Below, in pieces: positions 9,690 to 20,800 of a DNA stretch of 64,000 nucleotides. Origin of the DNA: an uncultured delta proteobacterium (GTDB lineage Bacteria > Myxococcota > Myxococcia > Myxococcales > Myxococcaceae). The notes under the pieces were generated by a model, which worked only from the letters and a program-made list of their open reading frames with translations, made no database searches and had not been told where the DNA came from. Made by a program: the position numbers and the translations under genes. The DNA lies in NCBI GenBank assembly GCA_963713045.1, contig CAVQKE010000004.1, positions 736,001 to 800,000 of the forward strand, in the 5' to 3' direction. Numbering within the stretch: the first letter of the stretch is position 1; each line of letters opens with the position of its first letter.

Positions 9690-10328
9690 CCCCAAGCCGG
9701 GAATTCCCCGCCAAAAGGGGGATGGCGGTGAAGGTCAGCTGGCTGCGCTCGGCGGCTTGGAAGCCGGGTGGTGCCTTTCGGCCCCTCCTTTCGGTTCCTC
9801 TTGCGCCAGGGCACCTCGTCCGGTAGGTGTTGAATCGGTGCCAAATCGCTGCGTCTGACGAGTGTTCAGGGGAAGCTGGTTGCCATCGACCCGAGGTTTC
9901 CCCATCCCCCGCAGGCGGCCGGAAGTGCTTGGGAGCGAGGCGACCGTCCCGAGAGGTGAAGGACCGGTATGCCCACTGCCAATCGCTATCGGCGGACACC
10001 GGCCCAGCCTAACCAAGTCAAGCCAAGGGTTTGAAACCCTGCACGCCCTGGCCGCACCGTTGGCAGACCGGCCAAGGCGAACGTCGGCCTGTGATGTCTT
10101 TATTCCGGAGCCGGGTCCGCGGCCACCCGAACGCCAGCACGGGCCTCGGAATGGCGAAGCACGAAAAAGCAATGGTATGAGCCCGGCGCCCTGTCTATCT
10201 CAGCATCAAGAAGGTGGCCCGAATCGCGACTTCGACGCGCCAAAGGGCTTGCAAGGCACTCATTCAAGGACTCCGCCGTCCGAGACCACCGACCGGGACG
10301 ACTTGCTGCCACTGCCTAAGAGAGCCGA

Positions 10329-11876
10329 ATGATACCTGCAGCAAAACTTCGTTTGTCGCCGCAGGAGGCGATTGCCCCGCCGGCCATTGCCCTGCCCGAA
10401 TCCCTACGTCGCTGGAGCGTCCGCACCGCGGTTCTCATCGCCGGGGCGACACTGGTTCGCCTGCTTTTCATCTCGACCACCGGAATCGCGAATGGCGAGG
10501 CCTACTACTACGTCTGGTCGCGCTTTCCAGCGCTGAGCTACTACGACCATCCACCGCTCATCGCTTGGCTGACGTGGGCGACGACCCAGTTCTCGCACAG
10601 TTCCTTCGCCATCCGCTTTGGGCCGGTTCTCTACGCCACGGTCTTTGGCTTCTTGGTGTACCGACTGGCAGAGCGCCTCTTCTCCCCACGCGCGGGCTTC
10701 ATCGCGGTGGCCATCGTCACGGCGATGCCCATCTTTCTCGTCTCGAACTTCGTTCTCAACCCGGAGAGCCCCCTGGCCCCCCTCTGGGTGCTGGGCCTGC
10801 TCCTCATTGAGGGGATGCGGGAGCATGACGAGCCCTGGCGTCCGCTGGCCGCTGGACTGGTGGTGGGTCTCGCCTTTCTTGCCAAGTACTCGGGCGTCAT
10901 CTTAGCGGCGGTGGCCCTCCTCTATGTCGTAGCGTCGCCCCGGGCACGACGTTGGCTCAGGCGCCCTTCGTTCTACCTGGCCGGGCTGGTTTCTCTCGTG
11001 GTCGCGCTGCCGGTGGTGGTGTGGAACTACCAGCGGCAGTGGCCGACGTTGGTCCTTCACCTCGTCGAGCGAACGGGGCCAGCCGACGTTGCCACGTGGT
11101 CGAGCAACGCCTACCACGCCATCCTCGGGCAGTTTGGTCCCTTCCACCCCCTCATGTTCCCGGGTCTGCTGGTGGTGCTGGCAATAAGTATTGCCCGCTC
11201 CCGGACCGACGACCGCTACCGATTTCTGGCCCTCTCGAGTTGGCCGGTGCTGCTCTTCTTCCTGGCGATGATGGTCCGGGTCCGCAATCCAGAGCACCAT
11301 TGGACGATGGTGGGATACATCCCACTGGCCCTGGCCGCCGGTGGCCTTCTCGACGAGGTGCTCGACCACCCTCCCCGGGCACTCCGGGTTTACATCACCG
11401 CCTGCATCGGCGTCAGCCTGGCCATCATCGTTGGCCTCTATACCTACTCACAGACGCGTGCCGTGCGCCGTTTCATCCCCGCCTCGATGTACGACGCGAA
11501 CCGCGACTTCTTCAATGAAATGACTGGTTGGACCGAGCTCAAGGAAGTGGTGGATAGCAGCGCCGCGGCTCTCGGCCCTGACACCGTGGTGGCGAGCTGT
11601 CAGTACGCTCTGTGCGCTCACATCCTCACCGCACTCGACGACCGCCCGAAGGTCTACTGCCCGAGCTTCCGACGCACTGAGTTCAACTTCATCGACAGGC
11701 GGGATCCCCCCAAGAATGTCCCGGTCCTTTACATCACCGACGACCACTATCACGACGACCCGGCGCAGCTGATGCCTGAGCACAACTGCCAACCGCTAAG
11801 GGTGCTGAACATCGAGCGCGATGGGGTCTTGCTGCAGAATTACCGATTCTGGACGTGCCTACCCACGGGGCAGTGA
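10329..11876 (+). CDS. GT39/ArnT-like GT-C membrane glycosyltransferase
   Basis: EAYYYVWS, YYDHPPL and GLAFLAKYS motifs; many TM helices. Confidence 0.88.
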   Translation: MIPAAKLRLSPQEAIAPPAIALPESLRRWSVRTAVLIAGATLVRLLFISTTGIANGEAYYYVWSRFPALSYYDHPPLIAWLTWATTQFSHSSFAIRFGPVLYATVFGFLVYRLAERLFSPRAGFIAVAIVTAMPIFLVSNFVLNPESPLAPLWVLGLLLIEGMREHDEPWRPLAAGLVVGLAFLAKYSGVILAAVALLYVVASPRARRWLRRPSFYLAGLVSLVVALPVVVWNYQRQWPTLVLHLVERTGPADVATWSSNAYHAILGQFGPFHPLMFPGLLVVLAISIARSRTDDRYRFLALSSWPVLLFFLAMMVRVRNPEHHWTMVGYIPLALAAGGLLDEVLDHPPRALRVYITACIGVSLAIIVGLYTYSQTRAVRRFIPASMYDANRDFFNEMTGWTELKEVVDSSAAALGPDTVVASCQYALCAHILTALDDRPKVYCPSFRRTEFNFIDRRDPPKNVPVLYITDDHYHDDPAQLMPEHNCQPLRVLNIERDGVLLQNYRFWTCLPTGQ

Positions 11877-14420
11877 GTGAACGAGCAGGCCCCCACCTCC
11901 AGCTATGAGACTCGGGCAAGGCCGGCTTCAGTGACCTTCCGGTCTCTGCTGGGACGGGGCTTGAACCGCCTCGTCGAGTGGCAGATTCAAAGGCCACTGT
12001 CGCTGTTGTTGGTCATCGCCATGGTGACGGCGGTGTCGCTTGGACTGGCCAGCCGGTTGAAGCTCCTCACCGACTTCGACATGCTGCTCCCCAACTCGCG
12101 CCCCAGCGTTCAAGAGCTTCACCGGGTCGCCTCGAGAACTTCGAGTTTGTCGACCATCTTCGTCGTGCTCGAAGGCCAGGACCCGGCAGGACTCCGGCGA
12201 GCTGCGGACGCACTGGTCTCCCCGCTCCAGCAGCTCGGACCACCTTGGGTGGGACACATCGAGACCGGTGTCCAGGATGCGGTCAACTTCCTCAAGCCTC
12301 GCACCGGTCTGTTTACCGACCTCAAGACGCTGAAGAAGCTTCGTGACGAGGTCGAGGCCCGCTATTCGTACGAAGTCGAGAAGCGGAGCGGCTTGTCCTT
12401 GGGCCTGGACGACAGCCCGCCGCCGCCGATTGACCCCGACTCGGTCAGAGCCCGCTTTGGTGTCAAGACGGCTGACGAGAAGCGGTTTCCGGGTGGGTAC
12501 TACCAAAGCGCAGACGGCAAGACGGTGGTCATTGCCATCCGCAGCGGCGTGCTGGGTGCCGACTTCAAGCACGCCGAGGAGGCCATCGCCAAAGTTGGCG
12601 CGGTCGTCGCCCGCGTCAACCCCAAGAAGTTCGACCCGACCGCGCGTTGGGGCCTGACCGGCGACCTCGCGATTGGCCTCGCCGAGTACAAGCTCATCAA
12701 TCGCGACTTGACCGCCATCGGCCTGGTCGGCGCGGTTCTGATTCTGAGTGTGGTGTTTCTTTATTATTTACGAATCCGAACCGTTTTTGCCATGGCGCTC
12801 GCCATCGGCATCGGGCTGTCGTGGACCTTTGGGCTCACCGAAATCATCTTCGGGCATTTGAACCTGGCGACGGGGTTTCTCTTCACCATCATCGGCGGTA
12901 ACGGCATCAACTTTTCGATTCTGTACATGGCTCGCTACTTGGAGGAGCGACGGCGGGGGGAGCTCGCCGCCGGGGCCCTCGTGAAGGCGGCTCAGCACAC
13001 GTGGCGGCCAACCTTGACCGCGGCCGCGGCTGCCTCCGCCGCCTACGGAGCATTGGTCGTTACCGAGTTCAACGGCTTCCGGGAATTCGGCTGGATTGGT
13101 GGCCTCGGCATGTTGATTTGCTGGACAGCGACCTACCTTGCCCTGCCCTCCATACTGATGCTGATGGAGCGGCTGGTTCCGCTCGATTTCTCACCGCCGA
13201 AATATCTGCGGCGCATTGTCCGCGCCACGGCCGAGGGCATTCCCTTCGGTCGGCCCTTTGCCAGCCTCGTCGCTCGGGCGCCGCGGTTGATTACCGTCGC
13301 GGGCGTTCTGCTCGCCGTGGCCGGTGCCATTCTGAGTGTCCACTACATCCGTTCTGACCCGATGGAATACGACACCAACAAGATTCAAAGCGACCGGCGG
13401 GCTGTGGCCGAAGTGCATCGGCTCATCCACCTGGCCATCAACATCACCGGTTTCATCGGCCTCGACGGCATGGCGATTATGACCGACCGGCTTGACCAGG
13501 TCGCTCCCTTGAAGACCGCACTGAATGCGCGCCGAGACGCCGCGCCTCCAGACGCTAAGCCCTTCAAGGACGTCCATGCACTCCAAGACTTCGTCCCCCA
13601 GGACCAGCAGGCCAAGATTCCCATCCTGATGCAGCTGAAGCGGCGAATTGCGAAGGCCCATCAAATGGGCTTCGTCAAGGACTGGGACAACATTGAGCCC
13701 TATCTACCGCCGGATGACTTGAAGCCCTTTGGAATGGCTGACTTGCCCGAGGCAATCGCTCGGCCGTTTACCGAAAAGGACGGAACCCGCGGGCGGATTG
13801 TCTACATCAGCCCGCTGGACGGCGACGTCACGTCCGACGCCCATTACCTGTTGCGCTGGGCGGACGCCTACCGAAGCACCGTCCTTCCCGACGGAAGCGA
13901 AATCCGAGGCTCCGGACGGGCAGTCATTTACGCCGACATGTGGAACGCCGTCTTGGCGGACGTGCCTTTGGCGGTGGTCGTTTCGTTCCTCGCCACCCTC
14001 GCCATCGTCGCGCTGGCCTTCCGCGACCGCCGTTCGACGGTCAGGGTCATTCTCTCCTTGCTGGTGGGAGTGTGCTGGACCGTGGGCTTACTTGCCCTAC
14101 TCAAAGTCAAACTGAACTTCCTCAACTTCATTGCACTGCCGGTCACCTTCGGCATCGGTGTCGACTACGCGGTCAACATCGTCCAGCGGGACCTGGACCT
14201 GAATGACCCACTCGAGGTGTTGAGGCGGACGGGCGGTGCTGTGGTGCTTTGTAGCCTGACGACGTTGTTGGGTTACCTGGCACTCGTCCGCTCTGTGAAT
14301 TTCGCGGTCAGAAGCTTGGGCACTGCCGCGGTCATCGGCGAGATTTCTTGTCTCCTCGCTGCCGTTTTGGTTCTGCCCGCGGCGCTCATCTGGCTGCGGT
14401 CGCGGCGCGCCGCGGCGTAG
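11877..14420 (+). CDS. MMPL/RND-family lipid transporter (paralog 2)
   Basis: Same GNGIN and NFLNF..LP.TFGIGVDYAVNIVQR motifs as 4794..7283. Directly abuts the GT39 stop. Confidence 0.92.
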   Translation: MNEQAPTSSYETRARPASVTFRSLLGRGLNRLVEWQIQRPLSLLLVIAMVTAVSLGLASRLKLLTDFDMLLPNSRPSVQELHRVASRTSSLSTIFVVLEGQDPAGLRRAADALVSPLQQLGPPWVGHIETGVQDAVNFLKPRTGLFTDLKTLKKLRDEVEARYSYEVEKRSGLSLGLDDSPPPPIDPDSVRARFGVKTADEKRFPGGYYQSADGKTVVIAIRSGVLGADFKHAEEAIAKVGAVVARVNPKKFDPTARWGLTGDLAIGLAEYKLINRDLTAIGLVGAVLILSVVFLYYLRIRTVFAMALAIGIGLSWTFGLTEIIFGHLNLATGFLFTIIGGNGINFSILYMARYLEERRRGELAAGALVKAAQHTWRPTLTAAAAASAAYGALVVTEFNGFREFGWIGGLGMLICWTATYLALPSILMLMERLVPLDFSPPKYLRRIVRATAEGIPFGRPFASLVARAPRLITVAGVLLAVAGAILSVHYIRSDPMEYDTNKIQSDRRAVAEVHRLIHLAINITGFIGLDGMAIMTDRLDQVAPLKTALNARRDAAPPDAKPFKDVHALQDFVPQDQQAKIPILMQLKRRIAKAHQMGFVKDWDNIEPYLPPDDLKPFGMADLPEAIARPFTEKDGTRGRIVYISPLDGDVTSDAHYLLRWADAYRSTVLPDGSEIRGSGRAVIYADMWNAVLADVPLAVVVSFLATLAIVALAFRDRRSTVRVILSLLVGVCWTVGLLALLKVKLNFLNFIALPVTFGIGVDYAVNIVQRDLDLNDPLEVLRRTGGAVVLCSLTTLLGYLALVRSVNFAVRSLGTAAVIGEISCLLAAVLVLPAALIWLRSRRAAA

Positions 14421-14465
14421 GCAACCTCTCTGGATTCACGTCCGCCGGCCCGCGAGGGCGTCCCG

Positions 14466-14753
14466 TCACAACGCCTGCCATTGGTCACGATGCATCTGGA
14501 CCCACCAGCACGGTGGAAGCGCTTGATGGGGAAGGACGGAGCGAACGCAGGGCTGCTCCGTGGTGTCGACGTAGTCGTACTCGGTGCGATTTCCCTTGAG
14601 CGGGGTGGCCATAAACTGCCTCACCTCAACCGACGCTAGGCCCGTGCCGTGCGCAACTCGGAATTGGAAAAGCGCCCAGTCCGCGACGCAGAAGACCAAC
14701 ACGACCGCCACAGCGAGTGCAGAGGCGCGACCGGCCCAGGGTGGAAAACGCAT
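14466..14753 (-). CDS. Small membrane-anchored hypothetical protein
   Basis: N-terminal TM helix; C-terminal PCVRSVLPH...PCWW; GC-rich codon usage. Confidence 0.65.
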   Translation of the reverse strand: MRFPPWAGRASALAVAVVLVFCVADWALFQFRVAHGTGLASVEVRQFMATPLKGNRTEYDYVDTTEQPCVRSVLPHQALPPCWWVQMHRDQWQAL

Positions 14754-15156
14754 CGGGTCACATTCCTAGTCCAACGTTGAGGGAATGAGCCATTCGGGCA
14801 AAAGCGAAGAAGGCTGAGATTTGCCATGCGCGCATCAGTCATCCCGGCACCAACCCCCGTCCCGCGTTCACCCCGCCTGCCCCAGCCCATCGTCAGACGC
14901 CCCTGAGGCTCTGTCGAAAACGCTTGCGCCAAGTTGCTCTCGGCTACCGGTTAGGTGCCTAGCCCTGCACTTGCCGGCACCGAGGGGTACGAGCGGACCC
15001 CCTGGCCGTGGCCCCGGAGCAGTAAACTCCGGGGCGAGACAAGGCTTGAGACCGCTTCTCAGCTGAGAAGCGACGCTCCCAAGGCCAGCAGCGATGTTGG
15101 TTGCCTTTTGTTTCGACGTTCACGTGGTTTCGGATGCGGTACGGACGGGCCAGGCC

Positions 15157-16449
15157 ATGAGAAAGCTGCACCTCCTCACAGCGCTCGCAGCGTCGACACT
15201 GGTCGCTTGCCCCGAAAACACAGCCCCCACCGTGTCTCCCCCCTCCATCGTCAGTTTCACGGCCACTCCGACGACTTTGCCGCCGGGGGGAGGCGCGGTC
15301 ACGCTGTCCTGGCAGGTGACAGGGGCAACTGGGTTGAGCATCAGCGGTGACGTAGGAATGGTAAGCCCCGTCACGTCGGGCAACTTGACGACCGCGATTG
15401 GTGCCTCCACGACATTCACTCTCACAGCGACGAATGCCGCGGGGACAACCACCGCGACCGCGACGGTGACCGTGGCAGCCACCACCGTCGGACCAACCAT
15501 CAACAATTTTACCGCCAGCCCGGCCAGCCTGCCGGCTGCGGGAGGTCCGGTCACGCTCGCCTGGGATGTCACCGGCGCAACGCTGTTAAGCGTCAACGGG
15601 ACACCTGTGACTCCCGTCACATCTGGCACGACAACAGAGACTCTGCCTCAAAACACCGGCACCACAGCCCTGACTGCCACGTTTACCTTGTCTGCAACCA
15701 ATGCCATGGGGACCAATAGCAGCAGTGCGGCGGTCACCGTCGCAGGAGTCACGACTGCGCCCACCATCAACAGCTTCACCGTTGCTCCGGAGGCATTGCC
15801 CGACGCGGGAGGCAGCATCACCTTCATGTGGAATGTCACCGGCGCAGCGACGGTGAGTATTGGTGCGCAAAACGTAAGCCCAGTGACGTCGGGCAGCCTG
15901 GAAACCATGGCAGCGTCGAGCAATGTCTATGCCCTGAGCGCGACCAACGTCATCGGGAGGAGGTTCGCGAACGCGACCGTCACCGTCGGCGGAGACGACG
16001 CCCCGGAATTCGTCGGGATGTACTCAGGAAGCTGGGGCTATCAGCAGAACGGTGCCATTGTCGCGCCCCCAGGCTCGAACGCCGTCAACTCCGTCACCAT
16101 TACCGAGGTCAGCGCGAACGTCATCCAGGGCGTGTCACCCGCCGACATCGATTTCGACATCTCCGGGACGTACTCCAGTTTCTCGTGCACTGGAGCTGAA
16201 ATCGACAGCGTGACCCCCAACCTCATCATCCAGACGGCGTTGGACGGCGGAGTCGTCTGCCAAGTCACCGGCGACGCAAACTGCGGTTCTTATACGCTCA
16301 CGGGGACAGCGGCCTACGGGACAGCCCAATTTGACAACCTTTTCCCAAATGATCCCTTGGTCATCGTTCAGAGCTATGTCATCTCTGCAGCAACAGTCAC
16401 GTCCTGCAACGGGATGCAGGTGAGCTTGGCGTTCGCAGTCAGCCGGTAG
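15157..16449 (+). CDS. Lipoprotein with three tandem Ig-like beta-sandwich repeats
   Basis: Lipobox LVAC; three ~80-aa repeats P.I..FT..P..LP..GG..T..W.VTGA...PVTSG...L.ATN..G......VTV. Confidence 0.82.
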   Translation: MRKLHLLTALAASTLVACPENTAPTVSPPSIVSFTATPTTLPPGGGAVTLSWQVTGATGLSISGDVGMVSPVTSGNLTTAIGASTTFTLTATNAAGTTTATATVTVAATTVGPTINNFTASPASLPAAGGPVTLAWDVTGATLLSVNGTPVTPVTSGTTTETLPQNTGTTALTATFTLSATNAMGTNSSSAAVTVAGVTTAPTINSFTVAPEALPDAGGSITFMWNVTGAATVSIGAQNVSPVTSGSLETMAASSNVYALSATNVIGRRFANATVTVGGDDAPEFVGMYSGSWGYQQNGAIVAPPGSNAVNSVTITEVSANVIQGVSPADIDFDISGTYSSFSCTGAEIDSVTPNLIIQTALDGGVVCQVTGDANCGSYTLTGTAAYGTAQFDNLFPNDPLVIVQSYVISAATVTSCNGMQVSLAFAVSR

Positions 16450-16678
16450 ACTGGGAGACTGGTGCCGAGGAGCTGGCGCTCGGCGCGGCCCCGGCAGACC
16501 CTCTTGGACCCATGTTTCTCGCGCCGCCCGACGGCCCAGGCCCTACCATCGCGTACCAGTCGCTCGCTCGCTTGCCATGAGCCTTGAATTTTCGGCTGCT
16601 TGTAGCGACCCTGCGACGAATGGTGGAAGCTGCGGCTCTTGTGGAGTCATCGCCCCGCCTGGGGTGAGGAGGGGTGGC

Positions 16679-17866
16679 ATGCAACTCCGTGCGCGCACAG
16701 CGACGTGTCTGACGGCGGCGGCGGCCGCGGCGGTGCTGGGCTGCGGCGGGAAACAGCTGCCCCCTCCTCCGCCACCCACCGTCCTCGTCGCACCGGTGGT
16801 GAAGGAAGACGTGAGCGTCTACTCGGAATTCGTCGGTACGGTGAACGGCTACCTCAACGTGGACATTCGCGCGCGGGTGGCGGGCTTCCTTCAGTCCCAG
16901 GACTACAGGAATGGCGCGTACGTGAAGGCCGGATCGCTGCTTTTCACCATCGACCCGTCCCAGTACCAGTCCCAGGTGCTTCAAGCCCAAGGAGACCTTG
17001 CCCAGGCCCAGGCGCTCCTCTCGCGTGCCAACATCACCGTCCAGCGCTACCGTCCGCTCGCCGCGAAGCAGGCCATCAGCCAACAGGACTTGGACAATGC
17101 CATCGCCGCACAGCAGTCGGCGACGGGCCAAGTAGAGGCCGGTAAGGCCGCCCTCGAGCAAGCCAAGCTGAATCTCGGGTATACCCGAATCACGTCACCG
17201 GTCGACGGCATCGTCGGGACGGCGCAAGTCAACATCGGCAGCCTGGTCGGGCAGGGCGTGCCCACACTGCTCACCACCGTGTCCCAGGTGGAGCCCGCCA
17301 AGGTCATCTTCAACCTCTCCGAAGCCGACTACTTGCGCTACGCGGAGACCGTCCGGCAAGCCATGGGCCGGGGCAATCCCGGCGAGATGAACAAGCGCCT
17401 CGCAGACATGCAGGACGGGGGCACCAACGGCCTTCAGCTCATCCTTGCCGACAACAGCACCTATCCCTACCGGGGCTTCGTGGTTTCCATGCAGCGCCAG
17501 GTGGAGACCACCACCGGCACCCTCCAAGTGGAGGCCGTCTTCCCCAACCCCAACCTGCTCCTCCGGCCCGGACAGTACGCACGCGTCCGTGGCGTCCTTC
17601 CTGGCCAGGCCGGGAGCAAGGTCCTTGTTCCGCAAGCGGCGGTGAGCGAGCTCCAGGGTGCTTTCTCGGTCGCCGTCGTCACGCCCGACGACAAGGTGCA
17701 AATCCGCTCGGTGGAAGTCGGGCCACGCCTCGGAACGCGGTGGATTATTGCCTCCGGCCTCAACCCAGGCGAGCGGGTCATCGTGGAAGGACTCCAAAAG
17801 GTCACCGACGGCATGCTGGTCAAGCCGGAACCCGCCCCGACCCCGCAGGCAGAGACGGATCGCTAG
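16679..17866 (+). CDS. RND efflux periplasmic adaptor (AcrA-like lipoprotein)
   Basis: Lipobox VLGC; IRARVAGFL, LNLGYTRITSPVDG, LLRPGQYARV. Confidence 0.95.
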   Translation: MQLRARTATCLTAAAAAAVLGCGGKQLPPPPPPTVLVAPVVKEDVSVYSEFVGTVNGYLNVDIRARVAGFLQSQDYRNGAYVKAGSLLFTIDPSQYQSQVLQAQGDLAQAQALLSRANITVQRYRPLAAKQAISQQDLDNAIAAQQSATGQVEAGKAALEQAKLNLGYTRITSPVDGIVGTAQVNIGSLVGQGVPTLLTTVSQVEPAKVIFNLSEADYLRYAETVRQAMGRGNPGEMNKRLADMQDGGTNGLQLILADNSTYPYRGFVVSMQRQVETTTGTLQVEAVFPNPNLLLRPGQYARVRGVLPGQAGSKVLVPQAAVSELQGAFSVAVVTPDDKVQIRSVEVGPRLGTRWIIASGLNPGERVIVEGLQKVTDGMLVKPEPAPTPQAETDR

Positions 17867-17893
17867 CTCGAGCACGCAGCCGGAGACGCTACC

Positions 17894-20800
17894 ATGTCTG
17901 CATTCTTCATCCGGCGACCGATTGTGGCGATTGTCATCGCCATCGTCACGGTCATCGCTGGCATCGTCGCGGTGACCAAGCTACCCATCGCCCTGTTTCC
18001 CAACATCGTCCCGCCGCAGATTCAGGTGACCACGACGTACACCGGTGCCGACGCCATCACCGTCGAGCAGTCCGTCGCGACGCCCATCGAGCAGCAGATG
18101 AACGGCGTCCAGAACATGCTGTACCTGCAGTCCACCAACGGGAGCGACGGCACCGAGACGATGGTGGTGACGTTCGCGGTGGGCTCGAACATCGACATCG
18201 ACAACGTGCTGGCGCAAAACCGCTACTCGCAGGCGCAGTCCAGCCTACCCCAACCGGTGCTCAACTACGGCGTCACCATCCAGCCCTCCTACTCGTTCCC
18301 GCTCGTCATCGTTTCCCTCTTCTCGCCAGACAACCGCTACGACCAGACGTTCCTCGGCAACTACGCCACCATCAACATCGTCGACGCCCTGAAGCGCATC
18401 CCGGGCGTGGGCAATGTCGTCCTCTACGGTTCGTCCAACTACGCAATGCGCATCTGGGTGAACCCGGACCTGCTCACCCGCCTCAACCTTTCGGTGACTG
18501 ACCTCACCGACGCGGTGAAGCGGCAGAACGTGGTGAATCCATCCGGACAAATCGGTGCCGAGCCGGCTCCGCCGGGGCAACAGTTCACTTACACGGTGCG
18601 CGCACCGGGACGCCTGGTGACAGCCGAAGACTTTGGCAACGTCATCGTCCGCCTGAATCCGGATGGCTCGACGGTCCGTCTCAAGGACGTGTCCCGCATC
18701 GAGCTGGGTTCGCTGATCTACTCGCAGGAGGGTCGGTACAAGGGCCAGCCGGCAGGGGTCATCGCGGTCCAGCAAGCGCCGGGCTCCAACGCCCTCGATG
18801 TCGCGGCTGGGGTTGAGAAGACGTTCGCCGAGCTCAAGAAGAAGTTCCCCCCAGGTATGGACTACGACGTCTCGCTGGATACGACACTCCAAATCAGCGA
18901 GGGGATGCACGACATCGTCAAGACACTCTACGAGGCGATGGCGCTGGTCATCATCGTCGTCTTCATCTTCCTGCAGTCCTGGCGCGCCACTCTCATCCCG
19001 ATGATTGCCGTGCCGGTCTCACTGGTGGGCACCTTCGCCGTGTTCCCCATCCTCGGCTTCACGGTCAATACACTGTCACTCCTGGGCCTGGTGCTGGCCA
19101 TCGGTCTGGTGGTGGATGACGCCATCGTGGTGGTGGAGGCAGTGGAGCACCACATCGAGAAGGGGATGACGCCGCGAGATGCCGCCTTCAAGGCAATGGA
19201 AGAGGTGTCGGGGCCAGTGGTGGGCATGTCGCTCGTTCTGTCGGCAGTCTTCATCCCGACCGTCTTCCTCGCTGGCATCACCGGCCGGCTCTACCAGCAG
19301 TTCGCCGTTACAATCGCCGTCTCCGTTCTCATCTCCGCCTTCAACGCACTGACGTTGAGCCCGGCACTGAGCGCGATGTGGCTCCGCCCCAAGAAGGCGC
19401 AGAAGGGCGTGCTGGGGAGGCTGGGCGACCGCTTCAACCGATGGTTCGGGCGGGTCACGGACGGCTACGGCAAGTTGTCGGCGACCCTCATCCGCAAAAT
19501 GGCGATCCCGCTCGGGTTGCTGGTGGCCGTGACCGTGCTCGACGGCGTCGTCGGCAAAGGGCTGCCAGGTGGCTTCGTCCCCCAGGAAGACCAGGGGTTC
19601 GCGGTGGTTTCCTTCCAGCTTCCCAACGCGGCATCGCTCCAGCGGACGAGGGAGGTGGGGAAGAAAGTCGAGGACATTCTCAGCAAGACGCCGGGCGTCC
19701 GCAGCTACAACCTCATCAACGGCCTCAACCTCATCTCTGCCAACTCGGCCAGCTACGTGGGCACGGCCTTCGTCTCCTTCAAGAACTGGGAGGAGCGCAA
19801 AACGGCCGAGGAGCGCGCCGATGGCATCCTGCGGCGCCTCAACGCGGCGTTCGCCAGCATTCCCGAGGCGCGTGTGATTGCATTCCCGCCGCCGGCGATC
19901 CCTGGCATCGGTACCGCCGGCGGCTTTGACGTCATGGTGCAGGACCGCTCCGGCGGCGGCAATGAGAGGTTTCTCACCGAAAACGTTGCGAAGCTTGTAG
20001 CGGCCCTCAACAAGCGACCGGAAATTGCCGGCGTCCTTCCCAACTTCGCCCCAGCCGTGCCGCAGCTCTTCGTGAATGTCGACAAGGACAAGGTCCTCAA
20101 ACAGGGCATCCAGCTGACCAGCGTCTACGACACGCTGCAGGCCTTTCTCGGCGGTACGTACATCAACCAGTTTAACCGTTTCGGGCGAACGTGGAACGTC
20201 TACCTGCAGGCCGAAGCACCGTACCGGCTGGAGCCCAAGGACCTTGAGAGCTTCTACGTTCGGAATAACTCCGGCCAGATGGTGCCCCTGTCCACCTTGG
20301 TCACGGTCGAGAGCATCAGCGGCCCCCAGTTCACCGTCCGTTTCAACCTCTTCCGCTCGGCCGAGCTCCTCGGCAGCGCGAGGCCAGGTTTTAGCTCGGG
20401 ACAGCTGATGAAGGCCGTCGAGGAGACAGCCAAGCAGGTGCTTCCGGCCGGAATGGACATCGCTTGGACCAACATGTCCTACCAGGAGAAGGCCGCCGAG
20501 GGCGGGGCGTCGGTGGTCTTCATCCTCAGCCTGGTCTTCGTTTTTCTCATCCTCGCGGCGCTCTACGAGAGCTGGTCGCTTCCCTTCAGCGTGCTGCTGT
20601 CGACGCCGGTCGCAATTCTCGGTGCCTTTGCTGGCCTCCTCATCCGGAGGTTCGACTTCGACGTCTATGGGCAGATTGGCCTCATCATGCTCATCGGCCT
20701 GGCGGCAAAAAACGCCATCCTGATTGTAGAGTTCTCCAAGGCCGAGATGGATAAAGGCCGGCCCATGATCGACGCGGCTCTGGAGGGAGCCAAGCTCCGG

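Noticed and set aside
9690..10328. Long intergenic region as a riboswitch or ncRNA
   Set aside because: Only short GC hairpins are visible and no family consensus is recognisable by eye.
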